Under the pieces are notes generated by a model. That model was given only the letters and a program-made list of their open reading frames with translations, ran no database searches and was not told where the DNA came from. Below are positions 1 to 13,100 of a DNA stretch of 64,000 bases, piece by piece (position 1 is the stretch's first letter; the number at the start of each line of letters is the position of its first letter). Source of the stretch: the human T2T-CHM13v2.0 reference genome, Homo sapiens; the NCBI RefSeq assembly GCF_009914755.1, contig NC_060946.1. One strand, given 5' to 3'. Made by a program: the position numbers and the translations under genes.

Positions 1-127
1 CCATATACTACAAAAAGAGCGTTTCAAACCTGCTCTAGGAAAGGCAATGTTCAACTCTGTGACTTGAATGCAGACATCACAGAACAGTTTCTGAGAATGC
101 TTCTGTCTAGATTTTATAGGAAGATAT

Positions 128-144
128 TCCCGTTTCCAACGAAA
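128..144 (-). promoter_or_regulatory. CENP-B box 1 (repeats every 1364 bp; intact in all 47 copies)
   Basis: + strand TCCCGTTTCCAACGAAA = minus strand TTTCGTTGGAAACGGGA, matching YTTCGTTGGAARCGGGA. Confidence 0.97.
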
Positions 145-298
145 TCTTCACAGCTATCCAAATATCCACTTGCAGATTCTACAAAAAGAGTGTATCAAAA
201 CTGCTCTGTCAAAAGGAAGGTTCTTCTCTGTTAGGTGAGTGCATACGTCATAAAGGAGTTTCTGAGAATGTTTCTGTCTAGTGGTTATGGGAAGATAT

Positions 299-315
299 TT
301 GCTTTTTCACCGTAG
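299..315 (-). other. pJalpha (A-box) motif of A-type monomer; equivalents at 641-657, 979-995, 1321-1337 in each HOR
   Basis: Minus strand CTACGGTGAAAAAGCAA (others CTATGGTGAGAAAGGAA, CTACGGTGAAAAGGGAA, CCATGGTGATAAAGGGA), each exactly 171 bp from a CENP-B box at the homologous monomer position. Confidence 0.85.
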
Positions 316-469
316 GCCTCAGAGCGCTCCAAATATCCACTTGCACATACTACAAAAAGAGTGCCTCAAAGCTGCTCTCTGAAACGGAATGTTCAACTCT
401 ATGAGTTGAATGCAAACATCACAAAGACGTTTCTGAGAATGCTTCTGTCTAGATTTGATATGAAGATAT

Positions 470-486
470 TCCCGTTTCCAACGAAA
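470..486 (-). promoter_or_regulatory. CENP-B box 2 (repeats every 1364 bp; disrupted in HOR6, HOR27, HOR29)
   Basis: TCCCGTTTCCAACGAAA on + strand, perfect consensus in this copy. Confidence 0.97.
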
Positions 487-807
487 TCTTCAAATCTATC
501 CAAATGTCCACTTGCAGATTCAACAAAAAGTGTTTTTCAGAACTGCTCTATCAAAAGAAAGATCCACCTCTGTTAGCTGAGTTCACACATCACAAACAAG
601 TTTATGAGAATGCTTCTGTCTAGTTTTTATTTGAAGATATTTCCTTTCTCACCATAGACCTGAAAGCTGTCCTAATGTTCACTTCCAGATACTACAGAAA
701 GAGTGTTTCAAAACTGCTGTACGAAAGGGAATGTTCAACTCTGTGACTTGAATGCACACATCACAAAGAAGTTTCTGAGGATGCTGCTGTCTACTTTTTA
801 TACGTAA

Positions 808-824
808 TCCCGTTTCCAACGAAA
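808..824 (-). promoter_or_regulatory. CENP-B box 3 (adjacent to the fixed 4-bp deletion; disrupted in HOR2, HOR9, HOR13)
   Basis: TCCCGTTTCCAACGAAA on + strand, preceded by TATACGTAA rather than TATGAAGATAT. Confidence 0.97.
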
Positions 825-1149
825 TCCTCCAAGCTATCCAAATATCCACTTGCAGATTCCACAGAAAGACTGTTTCAAAACTGCTCTGTCAATAGAAAGG
901 TTCAACTCTGTTAGCTGCGTGCATATATCTCAAAGAAGATTCTGAGATTGCTTCTGTCTAGTTTTTATGGGAAGATATTTCCCTTTTCACCGTAGGCGTC
1001 AAGGCGCTCCAAATGTCCACTTCCAGATACTACAAAAAGAGTGTTTCAAACCTACTCTGTGAAAGCGAATATTCAACTCTGTGACTTGAATGCACATATC
1101 ACAAAGAAGTTTCTGAGAATGCTTCTGTCGAGATTTTATATGAAGATAT

Positions 1150-1166
1150 TCCCGTTTCCAACGAAA
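1150..1166 (-). promoter_or_regulatory. CENP-B box 4 (repeats every 1364 bp; intact in all 47 copies)
   Basis: TCCCGTTTCCAACGAAA on + strand, perfect consensus. Confidence 0.97.
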
Positions 1167-4100
1167 TCCTGAAATCTATCCAAATATCCCCTCGCAGATT
1201 CTACAAAAAGAGTGTTTCAAAACTGCTCTGTAAAAAGAAAGGTTCAACTCTGTTAGTTGAGTACACACATCACAAACAAGTTTCACAGAATGCTTCTTTC
1301 TAGCTTGTAGGGGAAGATATTCCCTTTATCACCATGGGCCTCCAACCGTCCGAAACGTCCACTTCCATATACTACCAAAAGAGCGTTTCAAACCTGCTCT
1401 AGGAAAGGCAATGTTCAACTCTGTGACTTGAATGCAGACATCACAGAGCAGTTTCTGAGAATGCTTCTGTCTAGATTTTATAGGAAGATATTCCCGTTTC
1501 CAACGAAATCTTCACAGCTATCCAAATATCCACTTGCAGATTCTACAAAAAGAGTGTATCAAAACTGCTCTGTCAAAAGGAAGGTTCTTCTCTGTTAGGT
1601 GAGTGCATACGTCATAAAGGAGTTTCTGAGAATGTTTCTGTCTAGTGGTTATGGGAAGATATTTGCTTTTTCACCGTAGGCCTCAGAGCGCTCCAAATAT
1701 CCACTTGCACATACTACAAAAAGAGTGCCTCAAAGCTGCTCTCTGAAACGGAATGTTCAACTCTATGAGTTGAATGCAAACATCACAAAGACGTTTCTGA
1801 GAATGCTTCTGTCTAGATTTGATATGAAGATATTCCCGTTTCCAACGAAATCTTCAAATCTATCCAAATGTCCACTTGCAGATTCAACAAAAAGTGTTTT
1901 TCAGAACTGCTCTATCAAAAGAAAGATCCACCTCTGTTAGCTGAGTTCACACATCACAAACAAGTTTATGAGAATGCTTCTGTCTAGTTTTTATTTGAAG
2001 ATATTTCCTTTCTCACCATAGACCTGAAAGCTGTCCTAATGTTCACTTCCAGATACTACAGAAAGAGTGTTTCAAAACTGCTGTACGAAAGGGAATGTTC
2101 AACTCTGTGACTTGAATGCACACATCACAAAGAAGTTTCTGAGGATGCTGCTGTCTACTTTTTATACGTAATCCCGTTTCCAACGAAATCCTCCAAGCTA
2201 TCCAAATATCCACTTGCAGATTCCACAGAAAGACTGTTTCAAAACTGCTCTGTCAATAGAAAGGTTCAACTCTGTTAGCTGCGTGCATATATCCCAAAGA
2301 AGATTCTGAGATTGCTTCTGTCTAGTTTTTATGGGAAGATATTTCCCTTTTCACCGTAGGCGTCAAGGCGCTCCAAATGTCCACTTCCAGATACTACAAA
2401 AAGAGTGTTTCAAACCTACTCTGTGAAAGGGAATATTCAACTCTGTGACTTGAATGCACATATCACAAAGAAGTTTCTGAGAATGCTTCTGTCGAGATTT
2501 TATATGAAGATATTCCCGTTTCCAACGAAATCCTGAAATCTATCCAAATATCCCCTCGCAGATTCTACAAAAAGAGTGTTTCAAAACTGCTCTGTAAAAA
2601 GAAAGGTTCAACTCTGTTAGTTGAGTACACACATCACAAACAAGTTTCACAGAATGCTTCTTTCTAGCTTGTAGGGGAAGATATTCCCTTTATCACCATG
2701 GGCCTCCAAACGTCCGAAACGTCCACTTCCATATACTACCAAAAGAGCGTTTCAAACCTGCTCTAGGAAAGGCAATGTTCAACTCTGTGACTTGAATGCA
2801 GACATCACAGAACAGTTTCTGAGAATGCTTCTGTCTAGATTTTATAGGAAGATATTCCCGTTTCCAACGAAATCTTCACAGCTATCCAAATATCCACTTG
2901 CAGATTCTACAAAAAGAGTGTATCAAAACTGCTCTGTCAAAAGGAAGGTTCTTCTCTGTTAGGTGAGTGCATACGTCATAAAGGAGTTTCTGAGAATGTT
3001 TCTGTCTAGTGGTTATGGGAAGATATTTGCTTTTTCACCGTAGGCCTCAGAGCGCTCCAAATATCCACTTGCACATACTACAAAAAGAGTGCCTCAAAGC
3101 TGCTCTTTGAAACGGAATGTTCAACTCTATGAGTTGAATGCAAACATCACAAAGACGTTTCTGAGAATGCTTCTGTCTAGATTTGATATGAAGATATTCC
3201 CGTTTCCAACGAAATCTTCAAATCTATCCAAATGTCCACTTGCAGATTCAACAAAAAGTGTTTTTCAGAACTGCTCTATCAAAAGAAAGATCCACATCTG
3301 TTAGCTGAGTTCACACATCACAAACAAGTTTATGAGAATGCTTCTGTCTAGTTTTTATTTGAAGATATTTCCTTTCTCACCATAGACCTGAAAGCTGTCC
3401 TAATGTTCACTTCCAGATACTACAGAAAGAGTGTTTCAAAACTGCTGTATGAAAGGGAATGTTCAACTCTGTGACTTGAATGCACACATCACAAAGAAGT
3501 TTCTGAGGATGCTGCTGTCTACTTTTTATATGTAATCCGGTTTCCAACGAAATCCTCCAAGCTATCCAAATATCCGCTTGCAGATTCCACAGAAAGACTG
3601 TTTCAAAACTGCTCTGTCAATAGAAAGGTTCAACTCTGTTAGCTGCGTGCATATATCCCAAAGAAGATTCTGAGATTGCTTCTGTCTAGTTTTTATGGGA
3701 AGATATTTCCCTTTTCACCGTAGGCGTCAAGGCGCTCCAAATGTCCACTTCCAGATACTACAAAAAGAGTGTTTCAAACCTACTCTGTGAAAGGGAATAT
3801 TCAACTCTGTGACTTGAATGCACATATCACAAAGAAGTTTCTGAGAATGCTTCTGTCGAGATTTTATATGAAGATATTCCCGTTTCCAACGAAATCCTGA
3901 AATCTATCCAAATATCCCCTCGCAGATTCTACAAAAAGAGTGTTTCAAAACTGCTCTGTAAAAAGAAAGGTTCAACTCTGTTAGTTGAGTACACACATCA
4001 CAAACAAGTTTCACAGAATGCTTCTTTCTAGCTTGTAGGGGAAGATATTCCCTTTATCACCATGGGCCTCCAACCGTCCGAAACGTCCACTTCCATATAC

Positions 4101-7100
4101 TACAAAAAGAGCGTTTCAAACCTGCTCTAGGAAAGGCAATGTTCAACTCTGTGACTTGAATGCAGACATCACAGAGCAGTTTCTGAGAATGCTTCTGTCT
4201 AGATTTTATAGGAAGATATTCCCGTTTCCAACGAAATCTTCACAGCTATCCAAATATCCACTTGCAGATTCTACAAAAAGAGTGTATCAAAACTGCTCTG
4301 TCAAAAGGAAGGTTCTTCTCTGTTAGGTGAGTGCATACGTCATAAAGGAGTTTCTGAGAATGTTTCTGTCTAGTGGTTATGGGAAGATATTTGCTTTTTC
4401 ACCGTAGGCCTCAGAGCGCTCCAAATATCCACTTGCACATACTACAAAAAGAGTGCCTCAAAGCTGCTCTCTGAAACGGAATGTTCAACTCTATGAGTTG
4501 AATGCAAACATCACAAAGACGTTTCTGAGAATGCTTCTGTCTAGATTTGATATGAAGATATTCCCGTTTCCAACGAAATCTTCAAATCTATCCAAATGTC
4601 CACTTGCAGATTCAACAAAAAGTGTTTTTCAGAACTGCTCTATCAAAAGAAAGATCCACCTCTGTTAGCTGAGTTCACACATCACAAACAAGTTTATGAG
4701 AATGCTTCTGTCTAGTTTTTATTTGAAGATATTTCCTTTCTCACCATAGACCTGAAAGCTGTCCTAATGTTCACTTCCAGATACTACAGAAAGAGTGTTT
4801 CAAAACTGCTGTACGAAAGGGAATGTTCAACTCTGTGACTTGAATGCACACATCACAAAGAAGTTTCTGAGGATGCTGCTGTCTACTTTTTATACGGAAT
4901 CCCGTTTCCAACGAAATCCTCCAAGCTATCCAAATATCCACTTGCAGATTCCACAGAAAGACTGTTTCAAAACTGCTCTGTCAATAGAAAGGTTCAACTC
5001 TGTTAGCTGCGTGCATATATCCCAAAGAAGATTCTGAGATTCCTTCTGTCTAGTTTTTATGGGAAGATATTTCCCTTTTCACCGTAGGCGTCAAGGCGCT
5101 CCAAATGTCCACTTCCAGATACTACAAAAAGAGTGTTTCAAACCTACTCTGTGAAAGGGAATATTCAACTCTGTGACTTGAATGCACATATCACAAAGAA
5201 GTTTCTGAGAATGCTTCTGTCGAGATTTTATATGAAGATATTCCCGTTTCCAACGAAATCCTGAAATCTATCCAAATATCCCCTCGCAGATTCTACAAAA
5301 AGAGTGTTTCAAAACTGCTCTGTAAAAAGAAAGGTTCAACTCTGTTAGTTGAGTACACACATCACAAACAAGTTTCACAGAATGCTTCTTTCTAGCTTGT
5401 AGGGGAAGATATTCCCTTTATCACCATGGTCCTCAAACCGTCCGAAACGTCCACTTCCATATACTACAAAAAGAGCGTTTCAAACCTGCTCTAGGAAAGG
5501 CAATGTTCAACTCTGTGACTTGAATGCAGACATCACAGAACAGTTTCTGAGAATGCTTCTGTCTAGATTTTATAGGAAGATATTCCCGTTTCCAACGAAA
5601 TCTTCACAGCTATCCAAATATCCACTTGCAGATTCTACAAAAAGAGTGTATCAAAACTGCTCTGTCAAAAGGAAGGTTCTTCTCTGTTAGGTGAGTGCAT
5701 ACGTCATAAAGGAGTTTCTGAGAATGTTTCTGTCTAGTGGTTATGGGAAGATATTTGCTTTTTCACCGTAGGCCTCAGAGCGCTCCAAATATCCACTTGC
5801 ACATACTACAAAAAGAGTGCCTCAAAGCTGCTCTCTGAAACGGAATGTTCAACTCTATGAGTTGAATGCAAACATCACAAAGACGTTTCTGAGAATGCTT
5901 CTGTCTAGATTTGATATGAAGATATTCCCGTTTCCAACGAAATCTTCAAATCTATCCAAATGTCCACTTGCAGATTCAACAAAAAGTGTTTTTCAGAACT
6001 GCTCTATCAAAAGAAAGATCCACCTCTGTTAGCTGAGTTCACACATCACAAACAAGTTTATGAGAATGCTTCTGTCTAGTTTTTATTTGAAGATATTTCC
6101 TTTCTCACCATAGACCTGAAAGCTGTCCTAATGTTCACTTCCAGATACTACAGAAAGAGTGTTTCAAAACTGCTGTACGAAAGGGAATGTTCAACTCTGT
6201 GACTTGAATGCACACATCACAAAGAAGTTTCTGAGGATGCTGCTGTCTACTTTTTATACGTAATCCCGTTTCCAACGAAATCCTCCAAGCTATCCAAATA
6301 TCCACTTGCAGATTCCACAGAAAGACTGTTTCAAAACTGCTCTGTCAATAGAAAGGTTCAACTCTGTTAGCTGCGTGCATATATCCCAAAGAAGATTCTG
6401 AGATTGCTTCTGTCTAGTTTTTATGGGAAGATATTTCCCTTTTCACCGTAGGCGTCAAGGCGCTCCAAATGTCCACTTCCAGATACTACAAAAAGAGTGT
6501 TTCAAACCTACTCTGTGAAAGCGAATATTCAACTCTGTGACTTGAATGCACATATCACAAAGAAGTTTCTGAGAATGCTTCTGTCGAGATTTTATATGAA
6601 GATATTCCCGTTTCCAACGAAATCCTGAAATCTATCCAAATATCCCCTCGCAGATTCTACAAAAAGAGTGTTTCAAAACTGCTCTGTAAAAAGAAAGGTT
6701 CAACTCTGTTAGTTGAGTACACACATCACAAACAAGTTTCACAGAATGCTTCTTTCTAGCTTGTAGGGGAAGATATTCCCTTTATCACCATGGGCCTCCA
6801 ACCGTCCGAAACGTCCACTTCCATATACTACCAAAAGAGCGTTTCAAACCTGCTCTAGGAAAGGCAATGTTCAACTCTGTGACTTGAATGCAGACATCAC
6901 AGAGCAGTTTATGAGAATGCTTCTGTCTAGATTTTATAGGAAGATATTCCCGTTTCCAACGAAATCTTCACAGCTATCCAAATATCCACTTGCAGATTCT
7001 ACAAAAAGAGTGTATCAAAACTGCTCTGTCAAAAGGAAGGTTCTTCTCCGTTAGGTGAGTGCATACGTCATAAAGGAGTTTCTGAGAATGTTTCTGTCTA

Positions 7101-10100
7101 GTGGTTATGGGAAGATATTTGCTTTTTCACCGTAGGCCTCAGAGCGCTCCAAATATCCACTTGCACATACTACAAAAAGAGTGCCTCAAAGCTGCTCTTT
7201 GAAACGGAATGTTCAACTCTATGAGTTGAATGCAAACATCACAAAGACGTTTCTGAGAATGCTTCTGTCTAGATTTGATATGAAGATATTCCCGTTTCCA
7301 ACGAAATCTTCAAATCTATCCAAATGTCCACTTGCAGATTCAACAAAAAGTGTTTTTCAGAACTGCTCTATCAAAAGAAAGATCCACCTCTGTTAGCTGA
7401 GTTCACACATCACAAACAAGTTTATGAGAATGCTTCTGTCTAGTTTTTATTTGAAGATATTTCCTTTCTCACCATAGACCTGAAAGCTGTCCTAATGTTC
7501 ACTTCCAGATACTACAGAAAGAGTGTTTCAAAACTGCTGTATGAAAGGGAATGTTCAACTCTGTGACTTGAATGCACACATCACAAAGAAGTTTCTGAGG
7601 ATGCTGCTGTCTACTTTTTATATGTAATCCCGTTTCCAACGAAATCCTCCAAGCTATCCAAATATCCACTTGCAGATTCCACAGAAAGACTGTTTCAAAA
7701 CTGCTCTGTCAATAGAAAGGTTCAACTCTGTTAGCTGCGTGCATATATCCCAAAGAAGATTCTGAGATTGCTTCTGTCTAGTTTTTATGGGAAGATATTT
7801 CCCTTTTCACCGTAGGCGTCAAGGCGCTCCAAATGTCCACTTCCAGATACTACAAAAAGAGTGTTTCAAACCTACTCTGTGAAAGGGAATATTCAACTCT
7901 GTGACTTGAATGCACATATCACAAAGAAGTTTCTGAGAATGCTTCTGTCGAGATTTTATATGAAGATATTCCCGTTTCCAACGAAATCCTGAAATCTATC
8001 CAAATATCCCCTCGCAGATTCTACAAAAAGAGTGTTTCAAAACTGCTCTGTAAAAAGAAAGGTTCAACTCTGTTAGTTGAGTACACACATCACAAACAAG
8101 TTTCACAGAATGCTTCTTTCTAGCTTGTAGGGGAAGATATTCCCTTTATCACCATGGGCCTCCAACCGTCCGAAACATCCACTTCCATATACTACAAAAA
8201 GAGCGTTTCAAACCTGCTCTAGGAAAGGCAATGTTCAACTCTGTGACTTGAAAGCAGACATCACAGAGCAGTTTCTGAGAATGCTTCTGTCTAGATTTTA
8301 TAGGAAGATATTCCCGTTTCCAACGAAATCTTCACATCTATCCAAATATCCACTTGCAGATTCTTCAAAAAGAGTGTATCAAAACTGCTCTGTCAAAAGG
8401 AAGGTTCTTCTCTGTTAGGTGAGTGCATACGTCATAAAGGAGATTCTGGGAATGTTTCTGTCTAGTGGTTATGGGAAGATATTTGCTTTTTCACCGTAGG
8501 CCTCAGAGCGCTCCAAATATCCACTTGCACATACTACAAAAAGAGTGCCTCAAAGCTGCTCTCTGAAACGGAATGTTCAACTCTATGAGTTGAATGCAAA
8601 CATCACAAAGACGTTTCTGAGAATGCTTCTGTCTAGATTTGATATGAAGATATTCCCGTTTCCAATGAAATCTTCAAATCTATCCAAATGTCCACTTGCA
8701 TAATCAACAAAAAGTGTTTTTCAGAACTGCTCTATCAAAAGAAAGATCCACCTCTGTTAGCTGAGTTCACACATCACAAACAAGTTTATGAGAATGCTTC
8801 TGTCTAGTTTTTATTTGAAGATATTTCCTTTCTCACCATAGACCTGAAAGCTGTCCTAATGTTCACTTCCAGATACTACAGAAAGAGTGTTTCAAAACTG
8901 CTGTACGAAAGGGAATGTTCAACTCTGTGACTTGAATGCACACATCACAAAGAAGTTTCTGAGGATGCTGCTGTCTACTTTTTATACGTAATCCCGTTTC
9001 CAACGAAATCCTCCAAGCTATCCAAATATCCACTTGCAGATTCCACAGAAAGACTGTTTCAAAACTGCTCTGTCAATAGAAAGGTTCAACTCTGTTAGCT
9101 GCGTGCATATATCCCAAAGAAGATTCTGAGATTGCTTCTGTCTAGTTTTTATGGGAAGATATTTCCCTTTTCACCGTAGGCGTCAAGGCGCTCCAAATGT
9201 CCACTTCCAGACACTACAAAAAGAGTGTTTCAAACCTACTCTGTGAAAGCGAATATTCAACTCTGTGACTTGAATGCACATATCACAAAGAAGTTTCTGA
9301 GAATGCTTCTGTCGAGATTTTATATGAAGATATTCCCGTTTCCAACGAAATCCTGAAATCTATCCAAATATCCCCTCGCAGATTCTACAAAAAGAGTGTT
9401 TCAAAACTGCTCTGTAAAAAGAAAGGTTCAACTCTGTTAGTTGAGTACACACATCACAAACAAGTTTCACAGAATGCTTCTTTCTAGCTTGTAGGGGAAG
9501 ATATTCCCTTTATCACCATGGTCCTCAAACCGTCCGAAACGTCCACTTCCATATACTACAAAAAGAGCGTTTCAAACCTGCTCTAGGAAAGGCAATGTTC
9601 AACTCTGTGACTTGAATGCAGACATCACAGAGCAGTTTCTGAGAATGCTTCTGTCTAGATTTTATAGGAAGATATTCCCGTTTCCAACGAAATCTTCACA
9701 GCTATCCAAATATCCACTTGCAGATTCTACAAAAAGAGTGTATCAAAACTGCTCTGTCAAAAGGAAGGTTCTTCTCTGTTAGGTGAGTGCATACGTCATA
9801 AAGGAGTTTCTGAGAATGTTTCTGTCTAGTGGTTATGGGAAGATATTTGCTTTTTCACCGTAGGCCTCAGAGCGCTCCAAATATCCACTTGCACATACTA
9901 CAAAAAGAGTGCCTCAAAGCTGCTCTCTGAAACGGAATGTTCAACTCTATGAGTTGAATGCAAACATCACAAAGACGTTTCTGAGAATGCTTCTGTCTAG
10001 ATTTGATATGAAGATATTCCCGTTTCCAACGAAATCTTCAAATCTATCCAAATGTCCACTTGCATAACCAACAAAAAGTGTTTTTCAGAACTGCTGTATC

Positions 10101-13100
10101 AAAAGAAAGATCCACGTCTGTTAGCTGAGTTCACACATCACAAACAAGTTTATGAGAATGCTTCTGTCTAGTTTTTATTTGAAGATATTTCCTTTCTCAC
10201 CATAGACCTGAAAGCTGTCCTAATGTTCACTTCCAGATACTACAGAAAGAGTGTTTCAAAACTGCTGTACGAAAGGGAATTTTCAACTCTGTGACTTGAA
10301 TGCACACATCACAAAGAAGTTTCTGAGGATGCTGCTGTCTACTTTTTATACGTAATCCCGTTTCCAACGAAATCCTCCAAGCTATCCAAATATCCACTTG
10401 CAGATTCCACAGAAAGACTGTTTCAAAACTGCTCTGTCAATAGAAAGGTTCAACTCTGTTAGCTGCGTGCATATATCCCAAAGAAGATTCTGAGATTGCT
10501 TCTGTCTAGTTTTTATGGGAAGATATTTCCCTTTTCACCGTAGGCGTCAAGGCGCTCCAAATGTCCACTTCCAGATACTACAAAAAGAGTGTTTCAAACC
10601 TACTCTGTGAAAGGGAATATTCAACTCTGTGACTTGAATGCACATATCACAAAGAAGTTTCTGAGAATGCTTCTGTCGAGATTTTATATGAAGATATTCC
10701 CGTTTCCAACGAAATCCTGAAATCTATCCAAATATCCCCTCGCAGATTCTACAAAAAGAGTGTTTCAAAACTGCTCTGTAAAAAGAAAGGTTCAACTCTG
10801 TTAGTTGAGTACACACATCACAAACAAGTTTCACAGAATGCTTCTTTCTAGCTTGTAGGGGAAGATATTCCCTTTATCACCATGGGCCTCCAACCGTCCG
10901 AAACGTCCACTTCCATATACTACCAAAAGAGCGTTTCAAACCTGCTCTAGGAAAGGCAATGTTCAACTCTGTGACTTGAATGCAAACATCACAGAGCAGT
11001 TTCTGAGAATGCTTCTGTCTAGATTTTATAGGAAGATATTCCCGTTTCCAACGAAATCTTCACAGCTATCCAAATATCCACTTGCAGATTCTACAAAAAG
11101 AGTGTATCAAAACTGCTCTGTCAAAAGGAAGGTTCTTCTCTGTTAGGTGAGTGCATACGTCATAAAGGAGTTTCTGAGAATGTTTCTGTCTAGTGGTTAT
11201 GGGAAGATATTTGCTTTTTCACCGTAGGCCTCAGAGCGCTCCAAATATCCACTTGCACATACTACAAAAAGAGTGCCTCAAAGCTGCTCTCTGAAACGGA
11301 ATGTTCAACTCTATGAGTTGAATGCAAACATCACAAAGACGTTTCTGAGAATGCTTCTGTCTAGATTTGATATGAAGATATTCCCGTTTCCAACGAAATC
11401 TTCAAATCTATCCAAATGTCCACTTGCATAATCAACAAAAAGTGTTTTTCAGAACTGCTCTATCAAAAGAAAGATCCACCTCTGTTAGCTGAGTTCACAC
11501 ATCACAAACAAGTTTATGAGAATGCTTCTGTCTAGTTTTTATTTGAAGATATTTCCTTTCTCACCATAGACCTGAAAGCTGTCCTAATGTTCACTTCCAG
11601 ATACTACAGAAAGAGTGTTTCAAAACTGCTGTACGAAAGGGAATGTTCAACTCTGTGACTTGAATGCACACATCACAAAGAAGTTTCTGAGGATGCTGCT
11701 GTCTACTTTTTATACGTAATCCCGTTTCCAACGAAATCCTCCAAGCTATCCAAATATCCACTTGCAGATTCCACAGAAAGACTGTTTCAAAACTGCTCTG
11801 TCAATAGAAAGGTTCAACTCTGTTAGCTGCGTGCATATATCCCAAAGAAGATTCTGAGATTGCTTCTGTCTAGTTTTTATGGGAAGATATTTCCCTTTTC
11901 ACCGTAGGCGTCAAGGCGCTCCAAATGTCCACTTCCAGATACTACAAAAAGAGTGTTTCAAACCTACTCTGTGAAAGCGAATATTCAACTCTGTGACTTG
12001 AATGCACATATCACAAAGAAGTTTCTGAGAATGCTTCTGTCGAGATTTTATATGAAGATATTCCCGTTTCCAACGAAATCCTGAAATCTATCCAAATATC
12101 CCCTCGCAGATTCTACAAAAAGAGTGTTTCAAAACTGCTCTGTAAAAAGAAAGGTTCAACTCTGTTAGTTGAGTACACACATCACAAACAAGTTTCACAG
12201 AATGCTTCTTTCTAGCTTGTAGGGGAAGATATTCCCTTTATCACCATGGGCCTCCAACCGTCCGAAACGTCCACTTCCATATACTACAAAAAGAGCGTTT
12301 CAAACCTGCTCTATGAAAGGCAATGTTCAACTCTGTGACTTGAAAGCAGACATCACAGAGCAGTTTCTGAGAATGCTTCTGTCTAGATTTTATAGGAAGA
12401 TATTCCCGTTTCCAACGAAATCTTCACAGCTATCCAAATATCCACTTGCAGATTCTTCAAAAAGAGTGTATCAAAACTGCTCTGTCAAAAGGAAGGTTCT
12501 TCTCTGTTAGGTGAGTGCATACGTCGTAAAGGAGTTTCTGGGAATGTTTCTGTCTAGTGGTTATGGGAAGATATTTGCTTTTTCACCGTAGGCCTCAGAG
12601 CGCTCCAAATATCCACTTGCACATACTACAAAAAGAGTGCCTCAAAGCTGCTCTCTGAAACGGAATGTTCAACTCTATGAGTTGAATGCAAACATCACAA
12701 AGACGTTTCTGAGAATGCTTCTGTCTAGATTTGATATGAAGATATTCCCGTTTCCAACGAAATCTTCAAATCTATCCAAATGTCCACTTGCATAATCAAC
12801 AAAAAGTGTTTTTCAGAACTGCTCTATCAAAAGAAAGATCCACCTCTGTTAGCTGAGTTCACACATCACAAACAAGTTTATGAGAATGCTTCTGTCTAGT
12901 TTTTATTTGAAGATATTTCCTTTCTCACCATAGACCTGAAAGCTGTCCTAATGTTCACTTCCAGATACTACAGAAAGAGTGTTTCAAAACTGCTGTATGA
13001 AAGGGAATGTTCAACTCTGTGACTTGAATGCACACATCACAAAGAAGTTTCTGAGGATGCTGCTGTCTACTTTTTATATGTAATCCGGTTTCCAACGAAA

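Larger units (their letters stand above)
1..1364 (-). repeat. Representative HOR unit; dimeric 8-mer, probably SF2 D14Z9/D22Z1 (S2C14/22H1L) of human chr14/chr22
   Basis: Four B/A dimers with CENP-B box spacing 342, 338, 342, 342 bp. XbaI sites at 106 and 448, one TaqI site (1128) and one NcoI site (1332) per unit. Family and chromosome assignment come from recalled unit size and sequence, not from a database search; chr14 and chr22 cannot be separated by eye. Confidence 0.75.

Noticed and set aside
314-1074. Short palindromes (AGGCCT, GAGCGCTC, TACGTA, GAATATTC) as cruciform or terminator candidates
   Set aside because: Only 6-8 bp, expected by chance in a 1.4-kb unit; no long dyad seen.
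128-1166. Regularly spaced identical 17-bp motifs resembling a CRISPR array
   Set aside because: These are CENP-B boxes; the intervening sequence is homologous repeated monomer, not unique spacers, and there are no cas genes.
4795-5037. 80-aa ORF (also 19799-20041)
   Set aside because: Created by a single TAA>GAA SNV (4897/19901) in a duplicated block; satellite translation artefact.
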